Shown here piece after piece: positions 1 through 9,414 of a stretch of 64,000 nt of DNA (its first letter is position 1; every line of letters starts with the position of its first letter). Below the pieces are notes generated by a model. The model was given only the letters and a program-made list of their open reading frames with translations. It did no database searches and was not told the origin of the DNA. Origin of the DNA: Dehalococcoidia bacterium (GTDB taxonomy: Bacteria; Chloroflexota; Dehalococcoidia; Plut-88900); assembly GCA_965116945.1 (NCBI GenBank), contig OZ220734.1, positions 2,589,740 through 2,653,739 on the forward strand. The letters are read 5' to 3'. The translations under genes and the position numbers were made by a program.

Positions 1-46
1 CTCTTCAGTCCGCAGGCAAGACCTGGAGACCCGTCCCATGAGGTGA

Positions 47-79
47 GAGCCCTTTTATCCAGTGCAGGGCCTTTTTTTG
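47..79 (+). terminator. Possible intrinsic terminator of a transcript from upstream of the window
   Basis: Short GCCCT...AGGGC stem followed by a run of 7 T; the stem is weak. Confidence 0.35.
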
Positions 80-542
80 TTAGCTAGGTCTCTGGCACAA
101 GCCAGGTAGTCCCGTAACGATGATTCGTACAAGACCGACTTGCCGGCCCGCCCGACCTCCTCCAGCCCAATTCATACCGGATAGTTGCGTTTCCCTCGTC
201 TATAACAGCCTAAAATGAATAATTGCACAATATAGACACATTTAAGAGTTTATATGTAACAGTACTTATACACTTGTGCTGTAGAGTATATGGACGAACA
301 CCTCTATTGGGGGGAGTTCTTGGAGATCGCTGAATGCGGCCTCGGGATGTTCGACTGTATGAACTACGAAGAGTTCCAACGATTCCAGGGGTCTATGCCG
401 TTCACCTTCGCATGGTCGAGTGCCTGAAGAGGAGCGTCCCCTTTGAAGGGCTGCCTTCCAATCCGACTACCCATCCATCTATCTCCCGCATGCCATTCTC
501 CAGGAAGAATGTCTAGATCTAAACGAAGATCGCAACGCTAAT

Positions 543-2027
543 ATGAGAGCGAAAGACACAACCCCGGAACCCAAAGGTCCCGCTGCCGAGGAAAGTTGGG
601 CTAAACGTGTAGAAGGAGCGACGGACCCCGCTGGAGGAGCGTCCCGGGAAGAGGTACCGGTCCAGTACTGCAGCCGGAGCGAACTCCCCCAACGGGAAAT
701 TGCCCTCCACCGCTTCAGCCTCAGGAGAAAGTCGACGCTGATATGCATCGGCCTTGTCATGGCGTTGCTATTCATCGTAGCAGGAGCAGTTTTGGCCGCC
801 ATTGCTTTCAACCAGCTGGACCAACAGGCAGAGAACAATCCCCAGGGATTCGCATCAGAGTCTCATGGCGTAATCACGAGCGCCAGAACCGGTATCCTGA
901 TCCTCGCCGCTGGAGCTCTCGTGGCCCTGACCATCACCGCTATTATTATCGTCCGAGTTGCCCTTCGCATAGTACCGCTGGAATTCTGGATCAGGCGCAT
1001 GGGCGCCGGGGATCTGACCTATACCGTGGAGCCATCCGGCAACGACGAGATCACGCAGCTCTCCTATGATCTCGAAGTGCTGAGACGCCAGTCGGTGAAA
1101 GCCCAGCGTCTGGACCTGGTGCAGGAGCTTTCGGAGGACCTGCAACGCAAGAACGAGGAATTGGAGGTCGTGTTAGAGGAGCTCCAGACCGCTCAGGACT
1201 AGGTTATCAGCCGCCAGAAGCTGGCCGAAATGGGCGAACTCACCGCCGGGGTGGCCCACGAAATCAGAAACCCGCTGAACCTGAGTCAGAACTTTGCCCA
1301 AGCCTCGGAAGAATTGGTCAAGGAACTGCAAGAGACCCTGGCGGACGTTAGGGGGGCGCCCGATAGGGAGCAGGCAGAACTAATCGACGAACTTGTCCGT
1401 GAACTCTTCGACAACATGAGGCGCATATCCGAGCACAGGGATAGAGCCAACCGCATCGTTCAGGACATGCTGGCAATGGGCCGGGACACCAAGGGCAACT
1501 ACCAGTCGGCGAATATCAACGAATTGGTCGAAGACCACGTCATGCTGGCCTACCACTCGGCGAGGGGCCTAGACCCGACGTTCAACATGGAGATTGTCCT
1601 GGAACTGGACCCGCAGGCCGGCACGGTCAACGTAATTTCCGAGGACATTGCAAGGGTGATCTTTAACCTAGTCAACAACGCCTGCCACGCCACGTCAGAT
1701 AAGAGCAGGTTGGAACCGGGATACCAGCCCACCATGTGGGTTAGCACCTTAAGAGACGCCGACGCCGTGGATATCAGGGCGAAGGACAACGGGAACGGCA
1801 TACCCAAGGAAATCATCGACAAGATTTTCAACCCCTTTTTCACCACCAAGCCCACAGGCCAGGGCACCGGGTTGGGACTCAGCATGTCCAACGACATCAT
1901 CCGTGAGCACGGAGGAGAGATCCGACCCGAGTCCCAACCGGGCGAATATGCCCAGTTCACGGTCCGCATACCCGCCCATGCGACGCAGGCTGAACCGCCT
2001 GAGGAACCTAATTCTTCCTCGGCCTGA
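543..2027 (+). pseudogene. Membrane sensor histidine kinase (2 TM, HAMP, HisKA, HATPase) interrupted by an in-frame TAG at 1200-1202
   Basis: ORFs 543-1202 and 1230-2027 are in the same frame and read ...TAQD*VISRQKLAEMGELTAGVAHEIRNPL (H-box). N box NLVNNA, G1 DNGNG, F box IFNPFFTTK and G2 GTGLGLS are present; HAMP-like 'GDLTYTVEPSGNDEITQLS'. Confidence 0.8.
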
Positions 2028-2050
2028 GTCGGCGTAGGGAGGCACTTGTC

Positions 2051-2800
2051 ATGAACTCCATGGCAGAAAGACACGACCGTTTCGCAGACATAATCATATG
2101 CCGGGACGTACACAAGTGGTACGGCAGCTACCACGCCGTTCGGGGCGTCACCACCACGGTCAGAAGGGGCGAGGTGTTGGTGATCATGGAACCCTCAGGG
2201 TCGGGTAGATCCACCTTCATCAGGACTATCAACTACCTGGAGAGATTCCAGAGGGGCGACATCATCGTGGACGGAGTGCTCCTGAACGATGACACGCGGA
2301 ACATCGAGGCGGTACGCCGCAACATCGGTATGGTGTCTCAGACCTTTGATCTGTTCCCTCACATGACTGTGCTGCAGAACATAACGCTGGCCGCCATCAA
2401 GGTGGGGAAGGTCGACCCGAGTGACGCCCGCGATGACGCCTTGGAACTGCTGGATAGGGTGGGAATAGCAGAGCAGGCCGGTAAGCCGCCGCATCAACTG
2501 TCGGGAGGACAGCAACAGAGAGTGGCTATCGCAAGAGCGCTGGCCATGCGCCCCAAGATCATGCTCTTCGACGAGCCTACCTCGGCCTTGGATGTTGAAA
2601 TGGTCAGGGAGGTCCTTGACGTGATGAAGGGCCTGGCACGGTCTCAGACGACCATGCTGGTCGTCACCCATGAGATAGGATTTGCTCGAGAGGCTGCGGA
2701 CCACATATTGATGTTCGACGAGGGACAAATAGTGGAAGACCAACCTCCGGAGGACTTCTTTGGCAGTCCCAGGCACAGCCGCACCAAGCGGTTCCTGTAA
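2051..2800 (+). CDS. Polar amino-acid ABC transporter ATP-binding subunit (GlnQ-like), probably degenerate
   Basis: LSGGQQQRVAIARAL signature, MLFDEPTSALD Walker B and VVTHE H-loop. Walker A is altered to EPSGSGRST. No permease or binding-protein genes are adjacent. Confidence 0.8.
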   Translation: MNSMAERHDRFADIIICRDVHKWYGSYHAVRGVTTTVRRGEVLVIMEPSGSGRSTFIRTINYLERFQRGDIIVDGVLLNDDTRNIEAVRRNIGMVSQTFDLFPHMTVLQNITLAAIKVGKVDPSDARDDALELLDRVGIAEQAGKPPHQLSGGQQQRVAIARALAMRPKIMLFDEPTSALDVEMVREVLDVMKGLARSQTTMLVVTHEIGFAREAADHILMFDEGQIVEDQPPEDFFGSPRHSRTKRFL

Positions 2801-2803
2801 GCG

Positions 2804-3754
2804 ATGGACCAAGACATGACACACCATCTTCCCATCAGACAACCCTTCGACTTGACGACCACCCTGGAAATGGGGCAGGTCTTCCGCTGGCGGCGGATCG
2901 GCGACTGGTACTCTGGCGTATTGGGGGAATATCTGGTGCATCTGAGACAAGTGGACGGTGGGTTGGAGTACCGGGTGGGAGGCGAGGAGGGCGAGAGTCA
3001 CGACATCGACCTAGGCCGGCTCCTCCACGACTACTTCCGTCTGGGCGACGACTTAGAGGGAATCCACGGCCGGTTGGGGAGTCACCGTGGGGTGGCCGAG
3101 GCAATTGATCAGTACCCAGGCCTGAGGCTGCTGCGCCAGGACCCGTGGGAATGCCTGTTATCCTACCTTTTGTCAGCAACCAACTCCATCGGGGGCATCC
3201 GGCAAGGGATGGAGAAAATAGCGCGGCTAAGTCACCGCAAGTTCCGCTTGGCCGGCGAGGAACGATACGGCCTTCCCGGACCTGCCGATGTCGTCGAGCA
3301 GGGAGAGCAGGTGCTGGCTGAGTTGGAGCTAGGCCTGGCGTCCAGGGTTCTCAACATCTACCGGATGGCAAGTCACCTGGCCCGCGACTCGTCCCTGTCG
3401 GAACTGAGAGGAAACCCGAGGGTATCCACGGCCGAGGCCGTGCGGCAGCTGGACAGCTACCGGGGCATCGGCCCAAAGATCGCCAGCTGCGTGGCACTGA
3501 TGTCCCTTGACCGGCTTGACGCCTTTCCAGTGGACCGGTGGGTGGGCAGGGCGCTGGCCCGCTGCGACCTGTCTTCAATGCCCGGCGGACTGTCGGATAG
3601 AATCACTGGCGGTAAGCGCTTGACCGACCCTCAGCAGTACCGAGTGGCCCAGTGGGCACGGGACCATTTCGGAGGGTACGCGGGGTATGCCAACCAGTAC
3701 CTCTTCCATTGGATTGAGCCACAAAAACAACTGGCCCTCAGAGGCGGAGGATAG
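2804..3754 (+). CDS. 8-oxoguanine DNA glycosylase (OGG1/HhH-GPD family)
   Basis: N-terminal FDLTTTLEMGQVFRW, GLRLLRQDPWECL, HhH 'YRGIGPKIASCVAL...AFPVDRWV' and C-terminal GYAGYANQYLF. The start may be ATG 2816. Confidence 0.85.
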   Translation: MDQDMTHHLPIRQPFDLTTTLEMGQVFRWRRIGDWYSGVLGEYLVHLRQVDGGLEYRVGGEEGESHDIDLGRLLHDYFRLGDDLEGIHGRLGSHRGVAEAIDQYPGLRLLRQDPWECLLSYLLSATNSIGGIRQGMEKIARLSHRKFRLAGEERYGLPGPADVVEQGEQVLAELELGLASRVLNIYRMASHLARDSSLSELRGNPRVSTAEAVRQLDSYRGIGPKIASCVALMSLDRLDAFPVDRWVGRALARCDLSSMPGGLSDRITGGKRLTDPQQYRVAQWARDHFGGYAGYANQYLFHWIEPQKQLALRGGG

Positions 3755-3833
3755 AGGGCCTGCGTCTCGGCCTTCTTTCCGGCAATGCCCAGCCATCGAC
3801 AAAGTGACTACCGAGACCGAAGGACTAAACTAC

Positions 3834-5018
3834 ATGACCTCCAACTACTTCCACTACACCTACCTAGATGATCCCGAGATAAGGCCCGATGCCGCAAGTA
3901 ACGCACGGCAGAGGTTGATCCGCAGCCCTCCACCACTTGTGCCGTCATCTTCCTCCCAGCTATGGAGATTCATGGACGTTACAAAGCTGATTTCGCTTCT
4001 GAACAGGAATGCCTTGTTTTTTACTCGCATCAATAAACTCGAGGATAGTTTCGAAGGGACTGTTTCTAAGGCAACCCACGAGTTGCTCTATGGGGACGGC
4101 GAACTCAGTGTTAGCCAGTCATTCGATCAGTTCAGCTTGATCAGGTCTGGAGTAAAGCATGGCTTGACCTTCCCACGGCCATATTCTGAAGTGGACGACC
4201 CGGAGGAAAAGGAATTGTTCCACAAGATCGCCATCCAGGTTCTTCTGAGTGAGGCCTCCGATGAGAAGAAACTACGCGATGAGATCAACACACACGGCCC
4301 TCTGCTCTTCGAGGTGCAACGTTCCACATACTCGTCCATCGAGAACAGTCTGACCTTCCAGCATAAGCGGAGCGGGAAGACCTTTATGGTGTTGGACAAA
4401 GAAGGACTCCGTCAGGGGAGGGATGTGAAGGTTTACCGGCTCGCGTCAGGTTCGGCAGCAGCGTTAAGGGTGGCTAGGAGACATGTTGATACATGGCAGG
4501 AACACATTTTGCCTTTCACAATGGTCAATTGCTGGCACGAGAGTGAGTATGAATCAGAGCTCATGTGGAGCAAGTACTCAGGAGGCGATCATGGAATTGC
4601 GATCAAGACAGACATGAAATCCCTTGCCGGGAGCTTTGACGGAAGATATCCCGAGGCAATAGCCAGAGTCGAGTACATCCCGTACGACCAAGAGGTCACG
4701 CCCCTTGGACTTGGCACTCCCGCGTTGTTCAAGCGACAGAGCTTCGAAGGCGAACGAGAGGTCAGGGCAATTATGTTTGATCTCTTTGACCATCGAGGCC
4801 CGGATGACCGTGTGTTTCGCTCCCATACATCTTGCCCCGAGTGCGTCGGAGACACCGGACGATTCTATCGTGTCGACGCTAGCCAACTGATACGCGAGAT
4901 TGTAATAAGCCCATTTGCTGCGACTTGGGTCTTGGGAGAAGTTGAGATGCTTGTCAGGAAGTATGGTCTCAACATGCCTGTGCTGCCATCTAGCATCAGC
5001 GAAGAGCCGGTGGGGTAG
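3834..5018 (+). CDS. DUF2971-like protein with a large internal insertion
   Basis: LWRFMD...LFFTRINKLEDSFEG, NCWH...ESELMWSKYS and KRQSFEGEREVR motifs. Start placed at ATG 3834, downstream of the ogg stop. Confidence 0.65.
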   Translation: MTSNYFHYTYLDDPEIRPDAASNARQRLIRSPPPLVPSSSSQLWRFMDVTKLISLLNRNALFFTRINKLEDSFEGTVSKATHELLYGDGELSVSQSFDQFSLIRSGVKHGLTFPRPYSEVDDPEEKELFHKIAIQVLLSEASDEKKLRDEINTHGPLLFEVQRSTYSSIENSLTFQHKRSGKTFMVLDKEGLRQGRDVKVYRLASGSAAALRVARRHVDTWQEHILPFTMVNCWHESEYESELMWSKYSGGDHGIAIKTDMKSLAGSFDGRYPEAIARVEYIPYDQEVTPLGLGTPALFKRQSFEGEREVRAIMFDLFDHRGPDDRVFRSHTSCPECVGDTGRFYRVDASQLIREIVISPFAATWVLGEVEMLVRKYGLNMPVLPSSISEEPVG

Positions 5019-6112
5019 GGCCAGCCCAAGATTTGACGGATTTCAGAGGTTCAGCACGTTGTCCACCATCCTAGACTCGAACCAATATATTGATCAGTAT
5101 AGATGCGTATGGACAAGTTGGATGAGAGTGATGAACGCAGAACGATCCTTAGTCGCCTATCCGGTGGTAATCGATGTGGGAACCGGTGAGCTAATAACCC
5201 TATTTCAGTCGTAATTCGTAATCCCACCCTCTCCGCCACCATAACATTTCACACTGTTCAACAACATCCCATGCGATTCCCACTGCGTAGCTAATCGCAA
5301 CTGTCGCTGTGCTCTTTAGCGCTCTCCTTGTCCCCTGATATCCCACACACTCGAGGGTGGCGAGAATCTTGGCTGACGGTTCACTGTAAATGGCCTAAAG
5401 ACTACCTATTTGCCCCGACGACGAGGGACTGGCGTGGTCGATACGATTCAGCAGCGCGGCAAATCATTAGACTATCAACAAGACTGCCCAGGTGTCTGTC
5501 GCGCCTTTCCTGATGGTGGTGCAAAAAGGGACTATGAGAACTACATAGATCACGAGTCCCACTTCATGGACGAACTGACTCACCTCGCGCAGTCTGGTAG
5601 CTCGATGTCAGGGTGGAAGAGACGAATGCTCCTCGCTCAGTCTTTAAGTCCAACTCGTCGGTCTGTAATCGCTGATCTCTATAGACATCTTCAAGCCTCT
5701 GAGTGGACACAGCAGATCCCCAAGAGACCACCTTCACATTCTCGGGTTGGCAAAGCGCCATTAACTACATCCCGTACCAACTTCAGTATCGCGATGAGCT
5801 ACTACTCACCATTCCGCGACCTACAGGGCATTGCACCACCGTCGGTCACTCATTTCGTAGGCAAATTACCTTCCCGGATGGCGATAGCGATGAAGCCGCT
5901 AGTAATCGAGCTTTTGTTTTGAACTGCAACGGTACGAAACGTGCACGCGCTTGCATAGATGCCCCTACCACCCCCCACCTCGAATAGGGATGATCTTTCC
6001 CCACCTCCCTCAGCCACTACCCTTGCCCCGACCATACCACCACAAGCAATGGACAGTCCGTCCCATTTCAACAACCCGTCGGATCTGGGAGCAACCGTCC
6101 TGTAATCTACCG

Positions 6113-7027
6113 CTACGCCGAAAGCGCGGCAGCGGCACCTTCTACCTTTGCCGATCCTTCGGTAGTCAGCTCACCGATCGCCTTGACGATGTTTGGGTGC
6201 TGCAAGCCGGAAACAAGGAAGGTCCACCTCCACGCTCTCTGCGTTTCCGTAGTGATTTCCTCTTTCTCGGCCTCAGTAAACGTCCGTCTTGTCACATTCT
6301 CAAGAGCTTCTATGTTCAGCCCTATCTGCTGCGCAAGGAGTCCGTCTATAGCCCCACCCAGCTCAAGGACTTCATCGATTGCTTTCTCCCGTTCTTCAAG
6401 CGTTAACTGCACCGCAACTTCCCCAATTAACAGCGTATCCAACTTGGCGTGCTGCGCCTCTTCCATCCAGTGAAATCTCAAGAGGTCCCGGAACAGGCCA
6501 TCCAGCTCCGAGTCTTCCTGTACGTGTTCTATGTAATGCCGTTGGGTGAACCATTCGATAATCGCGGTCAATACCATGACTGCCAACTTTGACTTGCCCC
6601 GCACGACTCTCGCAACTTCCTCTCGACCGGGAATTAACCCGCACTCAACCCCAAACCCCTCACCAAAGAGCTCAACCGACCTCCTGAACAATTCCTGGTG
6701 CTTGAGTTCTTCCTCGGCGAATCTCAACAGAGATCGGGCCCTGATCTCATCACCGTACACGTCTTTCATAGCCTCTTCAGTGACGGTCGGGATAATGAAC
6801 TCCTCCACAAAGGCGAAAAGGTGGCAGTAGCCGTTACCCATGATCTGATTCAACTGGAGCTTCTCATGCTCGTTCAGGCATCCAATCCCATCTACGCCGG
6901 TCAGTTTGTTGGGAAGAAAGCGCTTCGAGAAATCGAAGTTCTTGTCGGCCAGTACGTCGTCTTCCAACCAGGAGACCCTCTTCGAGATATTTAGGCAGTC
7001 CTTGTATGTGTAGTTGTGGGAAAGCAC
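6113..7027 (-). CDS. Ferritin-like diiron-carboxylate enzyme (AurF/acyl-ACP-desaturase-like superfamily)
   Basis: Two ExxH motifs (EELKH, EEAQH), each preceded by a helix Glu (FVEEF, IIEWF); GTG start with AAAGGAGA RBS. Confidence 0.7.
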   Translation of the reverse strand: MLSHNYTYKDCLNISKRVSWLEDDVLADKNFDFSKRFLPNKLTGVDGIGCLNEHEKLQLNQIMGNGYCHLFAFVEEFIIPTVTEEAMKDVYGDEIRARSLLRFAEEELKHQELFRRSVELFGEGFGVECGLIPGREEVARVVRGKSKLAVMVLTAIIEWFTQRHYIEHVQEDSELDGLFRDLLRFHWMEEAQHAKLDTLLIGEVAVQLTLEEREKAIDEVLELGGAIDGLLAQQIGLNIEALENVTRRTFTEAEKEEITTETQRAWRWTFLVSGLQHPNIVKAIGELTTEGSAKVEGAAAALSA

Positions 7028-7265
7028 TGAATTCTCCTTTCATTTTCGGGCCCTTTGCCAGGGTCCTCGCTGGTCGACCGCCCGAGTCCAACACTCATTA
7101 TATACACAGCGGGCATTGTCGGTTGGCTAGGTACCGCGTTAAGACTGTCCATCATACCTGAGATTTGGACAGGCAGTGGCCTGCAACGAGCGGTAAATGC
7201 GCCCATCCTTTCGCCAGGTGAGTCGGTCAGCTTGCCTGTGAGCGCTCGTCTTGAGCGTGCAACGA

Positions 7266-8147
7266 CTAGTCGACTTCGAGCGGCAGCAACGGATCGGCTG
7301 CGTATTCTGACAATGACGCGTCGTATACCCCAATGTCTCGGTACCCTAGCAACGACAATACGAAGGCGTCGTTCGAAGCAGCGATGCCTCCGCCGCAATA
7401 GGTAACCACCCGCCGACCCTTCTCCGCCCCTACCCCTTCGAACATCGACGCCAATTCTCCAGCTGGACGGTACAGCCCGGTCGTTGCATCTATCAATTCC
7501 GTCGCTGGCACATTCGCCGCTCCCGGGATATGCCCGGGACGCCCGTACACCCGACCCCCGTCCGCGCCGGAGTGCTGATCTCTACCCAATGCGTTTATCA
7601 GGCAACTGCCATCAACACCGCCGGACTCTACGAACGCCATGACCTCACCAAGGTCTGCGAACCTGGCCTCGTCGAAAGTAGGTGTAAATAATGTGGACTC
7701 ATACGTATCCTCGCTGGTTGACACCGGTTTGCCCTCAGCAACCCAGCGGCGCCAGCCGCCGTCCAGCACCGCAGCGCCGTGGCAACCCATGGACCTGAAC
7801 ATCCACCACAACCGGGCGGCCCACATTGAACCCGACCGGTCATATAGGACCAGCTTAGAGGACTCCGATATCCCATGCCGTCCAGCCGCTTCGGCAAATG
7901 CCTCGGCGGAAGGCATCATGAAACGGAAGCTCTGATCGTTATCGGAAAAGTCATCCTGCAGGTCCAGGAATCCCGCACCTGGTATATGTCCTTCCTCGTA
8001 CTTGCACCGCCCCGACTCGACCCTATAGCCCCCACCCTCGCGAGGATGTAGAAACACCGTCGATTCGAAGACGCGTAGGTCGCCCTCGGACCAATGTTCA
8101 ACCAACCAGTCCGTTGAAACCAGGAATTCCGGATGTGCGAAGGTCAT
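7266..8147 (-). CDS. Two-domain rhodanese / 3-mercaptopyruvate sulfurtransferase (SseA-like)
   Basis: LVSTDWL, GHIPGA twice, LDGGW, active-site YCGGGIAAS and YDASLSEY; GAGGAG RBS before ATG 8147. Confidence 0.88.
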   Translation of the reverse strand: MTFAHPEFLVSTDWLVEHWSEGDLRVFESTVFLHPREGGGYRVESGRCKYEEGHIPGAGFLDLQDDFSDNDQSFRFMMPSAEAFAEAAGRHGISESSKLVLYDRSGSMWAARLWWMFRSMGCHGAAVLDGGWRRWVAEGKPVSTSEDTYESTLFTPTFDEARFADLGEVMAFVESGGVDGSCLINALGRDQHSGADGGRVYGRPGHIPGAANVPATELIDATTGLYRPAGELASMFEGVGAEKGRRVVTYCGGGIAASNDAFVLSLLGYRDIGVYDASLSEYAADPLLPLEVD

Positions 8148-8270
8148 GATCATCTCCTCACAGTGAGATCTTGCATTGGAGCGCTTCGACAAATGTCCAG
8201 TATCAGTCCCGCATCCGAAACACCCGCCCACCAATGGAGGCGCCTTCCCGAGACTTTCCGGTTACTGGGC

Positions 8271-8765
8271 TTAAATCGACAACCCCTCGATGAACTCCAG
8301 ACCCGGTAGTTTCTCCAGTTCCCGGGGTGTCATCTTCAGTTTGGCTGAACGACTACCCGCTCCAAGGATGATATAGTCCATCTCCAGCAACCGTGCGTCA
8401 GCGTAGATAGGTAGTCCATCCGGGAGCGCCAAGGCCGTAACTCCACCGATCATCATGCCCGTCACTTCACGGGTCATCTCCGCCGAAGCAAATGACGCCC
8501 GCGACACCCTCATCAGCCCTCGCACCCGCTTGTTAACATCCAGCCGATCGCATCCCCGCACAATCCCAGCGCAGTATGCCGCAGGTCCTCGCTTACTTGC
8601 CACGATGATCGTATTGGCGCAATGGGGAGCATCATACCCATACTGTTCACAGAAGTCCGCCGTGTCGCCATACTGTGGGTCGATTTCAATCCACTCACAG
8701 TTTTCAATGCCCAGCTCGCCAAGCGCTATCCGCACTCGTGCTTCGATTTCTTCAGGTGTACTCAT
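8271..8765 (-). CDS. YbaK/EbsC-family aminoacyl-tRNA deacylase-like protein
   Basis: ASFASAEMTREVTGMMIGGVT, LPIYADARL and ILGAGSRSAKL; start placed at MSTPEE. Confidence 0.8.
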   Translation of the reverse strand: MSTPEEIEARVRIALGELGIENCEWIEIDPQYGDTADFCEQYGYDAPHCANTIIVASKRGPAAYCAGIVRGCDRLDVNKRVRGLMRVSRASFASAEMTREVTGMMIGGVTALALPDGLPIYADARLLEMDYIILGAGSRSAKLKMTPRELEKLPGLEFIEGLSI

Positions 8766-9414
8766 GTTCGTGTCCTTAGCGGAAAATTGGTAATCGCCCG
8801 CAAATTGTCCTGGCATCACACTCGCAGATCTGGGGATAAGCCCTCCGGACGGCTCTGCTGGGCCTTGTTCTGTCGCCACCACCTCACCACGACTAGCACT
8901 GGATTAAATCAGCCAACTGGGCTTCTGTCTATACGCCGGCCTCACAGAGTCAGATCGCAGGCCTCCCTGGGGGTTACTCTTCTAAAGTCACAAAGAACAC
9001 TGCCTCCGGCCTATGACTTCACTGTCATGTAGCCAGCGCCGACTCCGGCGCTTTGCCATCCTACCCCCTTGAGATCAGACGACGCTTAACTTTCCTCCTC
9101 GATGATAAGCCACACTATGGTTAGTCCTCCCTTTGTATCGATTTGACAGGTCATTTACCTGGGCGTTTACTCATGCCATCTTCCCGTAACTCCATGTATA
9201 CAAACCGCTGTACGAATCGGCCTCATTGCCGTGTTATAAAATAGGAGCGTTACGTAAATCCACTGACTTGGTATAAACGTGGATAGTGATGAAGTATGTT
9301 CCCGATCCTTGATAACCGTTAGCAGTTCCTCGGGGTATTCTCCTCCGTCCTGCGGGCTGCCGGCTCAACGAGATTATTATTGAGACCATTTAGCTGAAGG
9401 ACACAGCACCTGCG

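Noticed and set aside
1-130. Possible 3' end of a riboswitch or T-box (AAGACCTG, CGTCCC, hairpin plus T-run)
   Set aside because: Only short motif fragments are present and any aptamer would lie outside the window; an Rfam search with upstream sequence is needed.
1200-1202. Pyrrolysine or genetic-code reassignment of TAG
   Set aside because: TAG is used as a normal stop in several genes here (e.g. topA, efp, ACP), no pyl genes are in the window, and neighbouring decay favours a nonsense mutation.
5019-6112. Short ORFs (5410-5922, 5703-5987, 5564-5761) in the gap after the DUF2971-like gene
   Set aside because: No recognisable motifs or RBS; may be a gene remnant but cannot be assigned.
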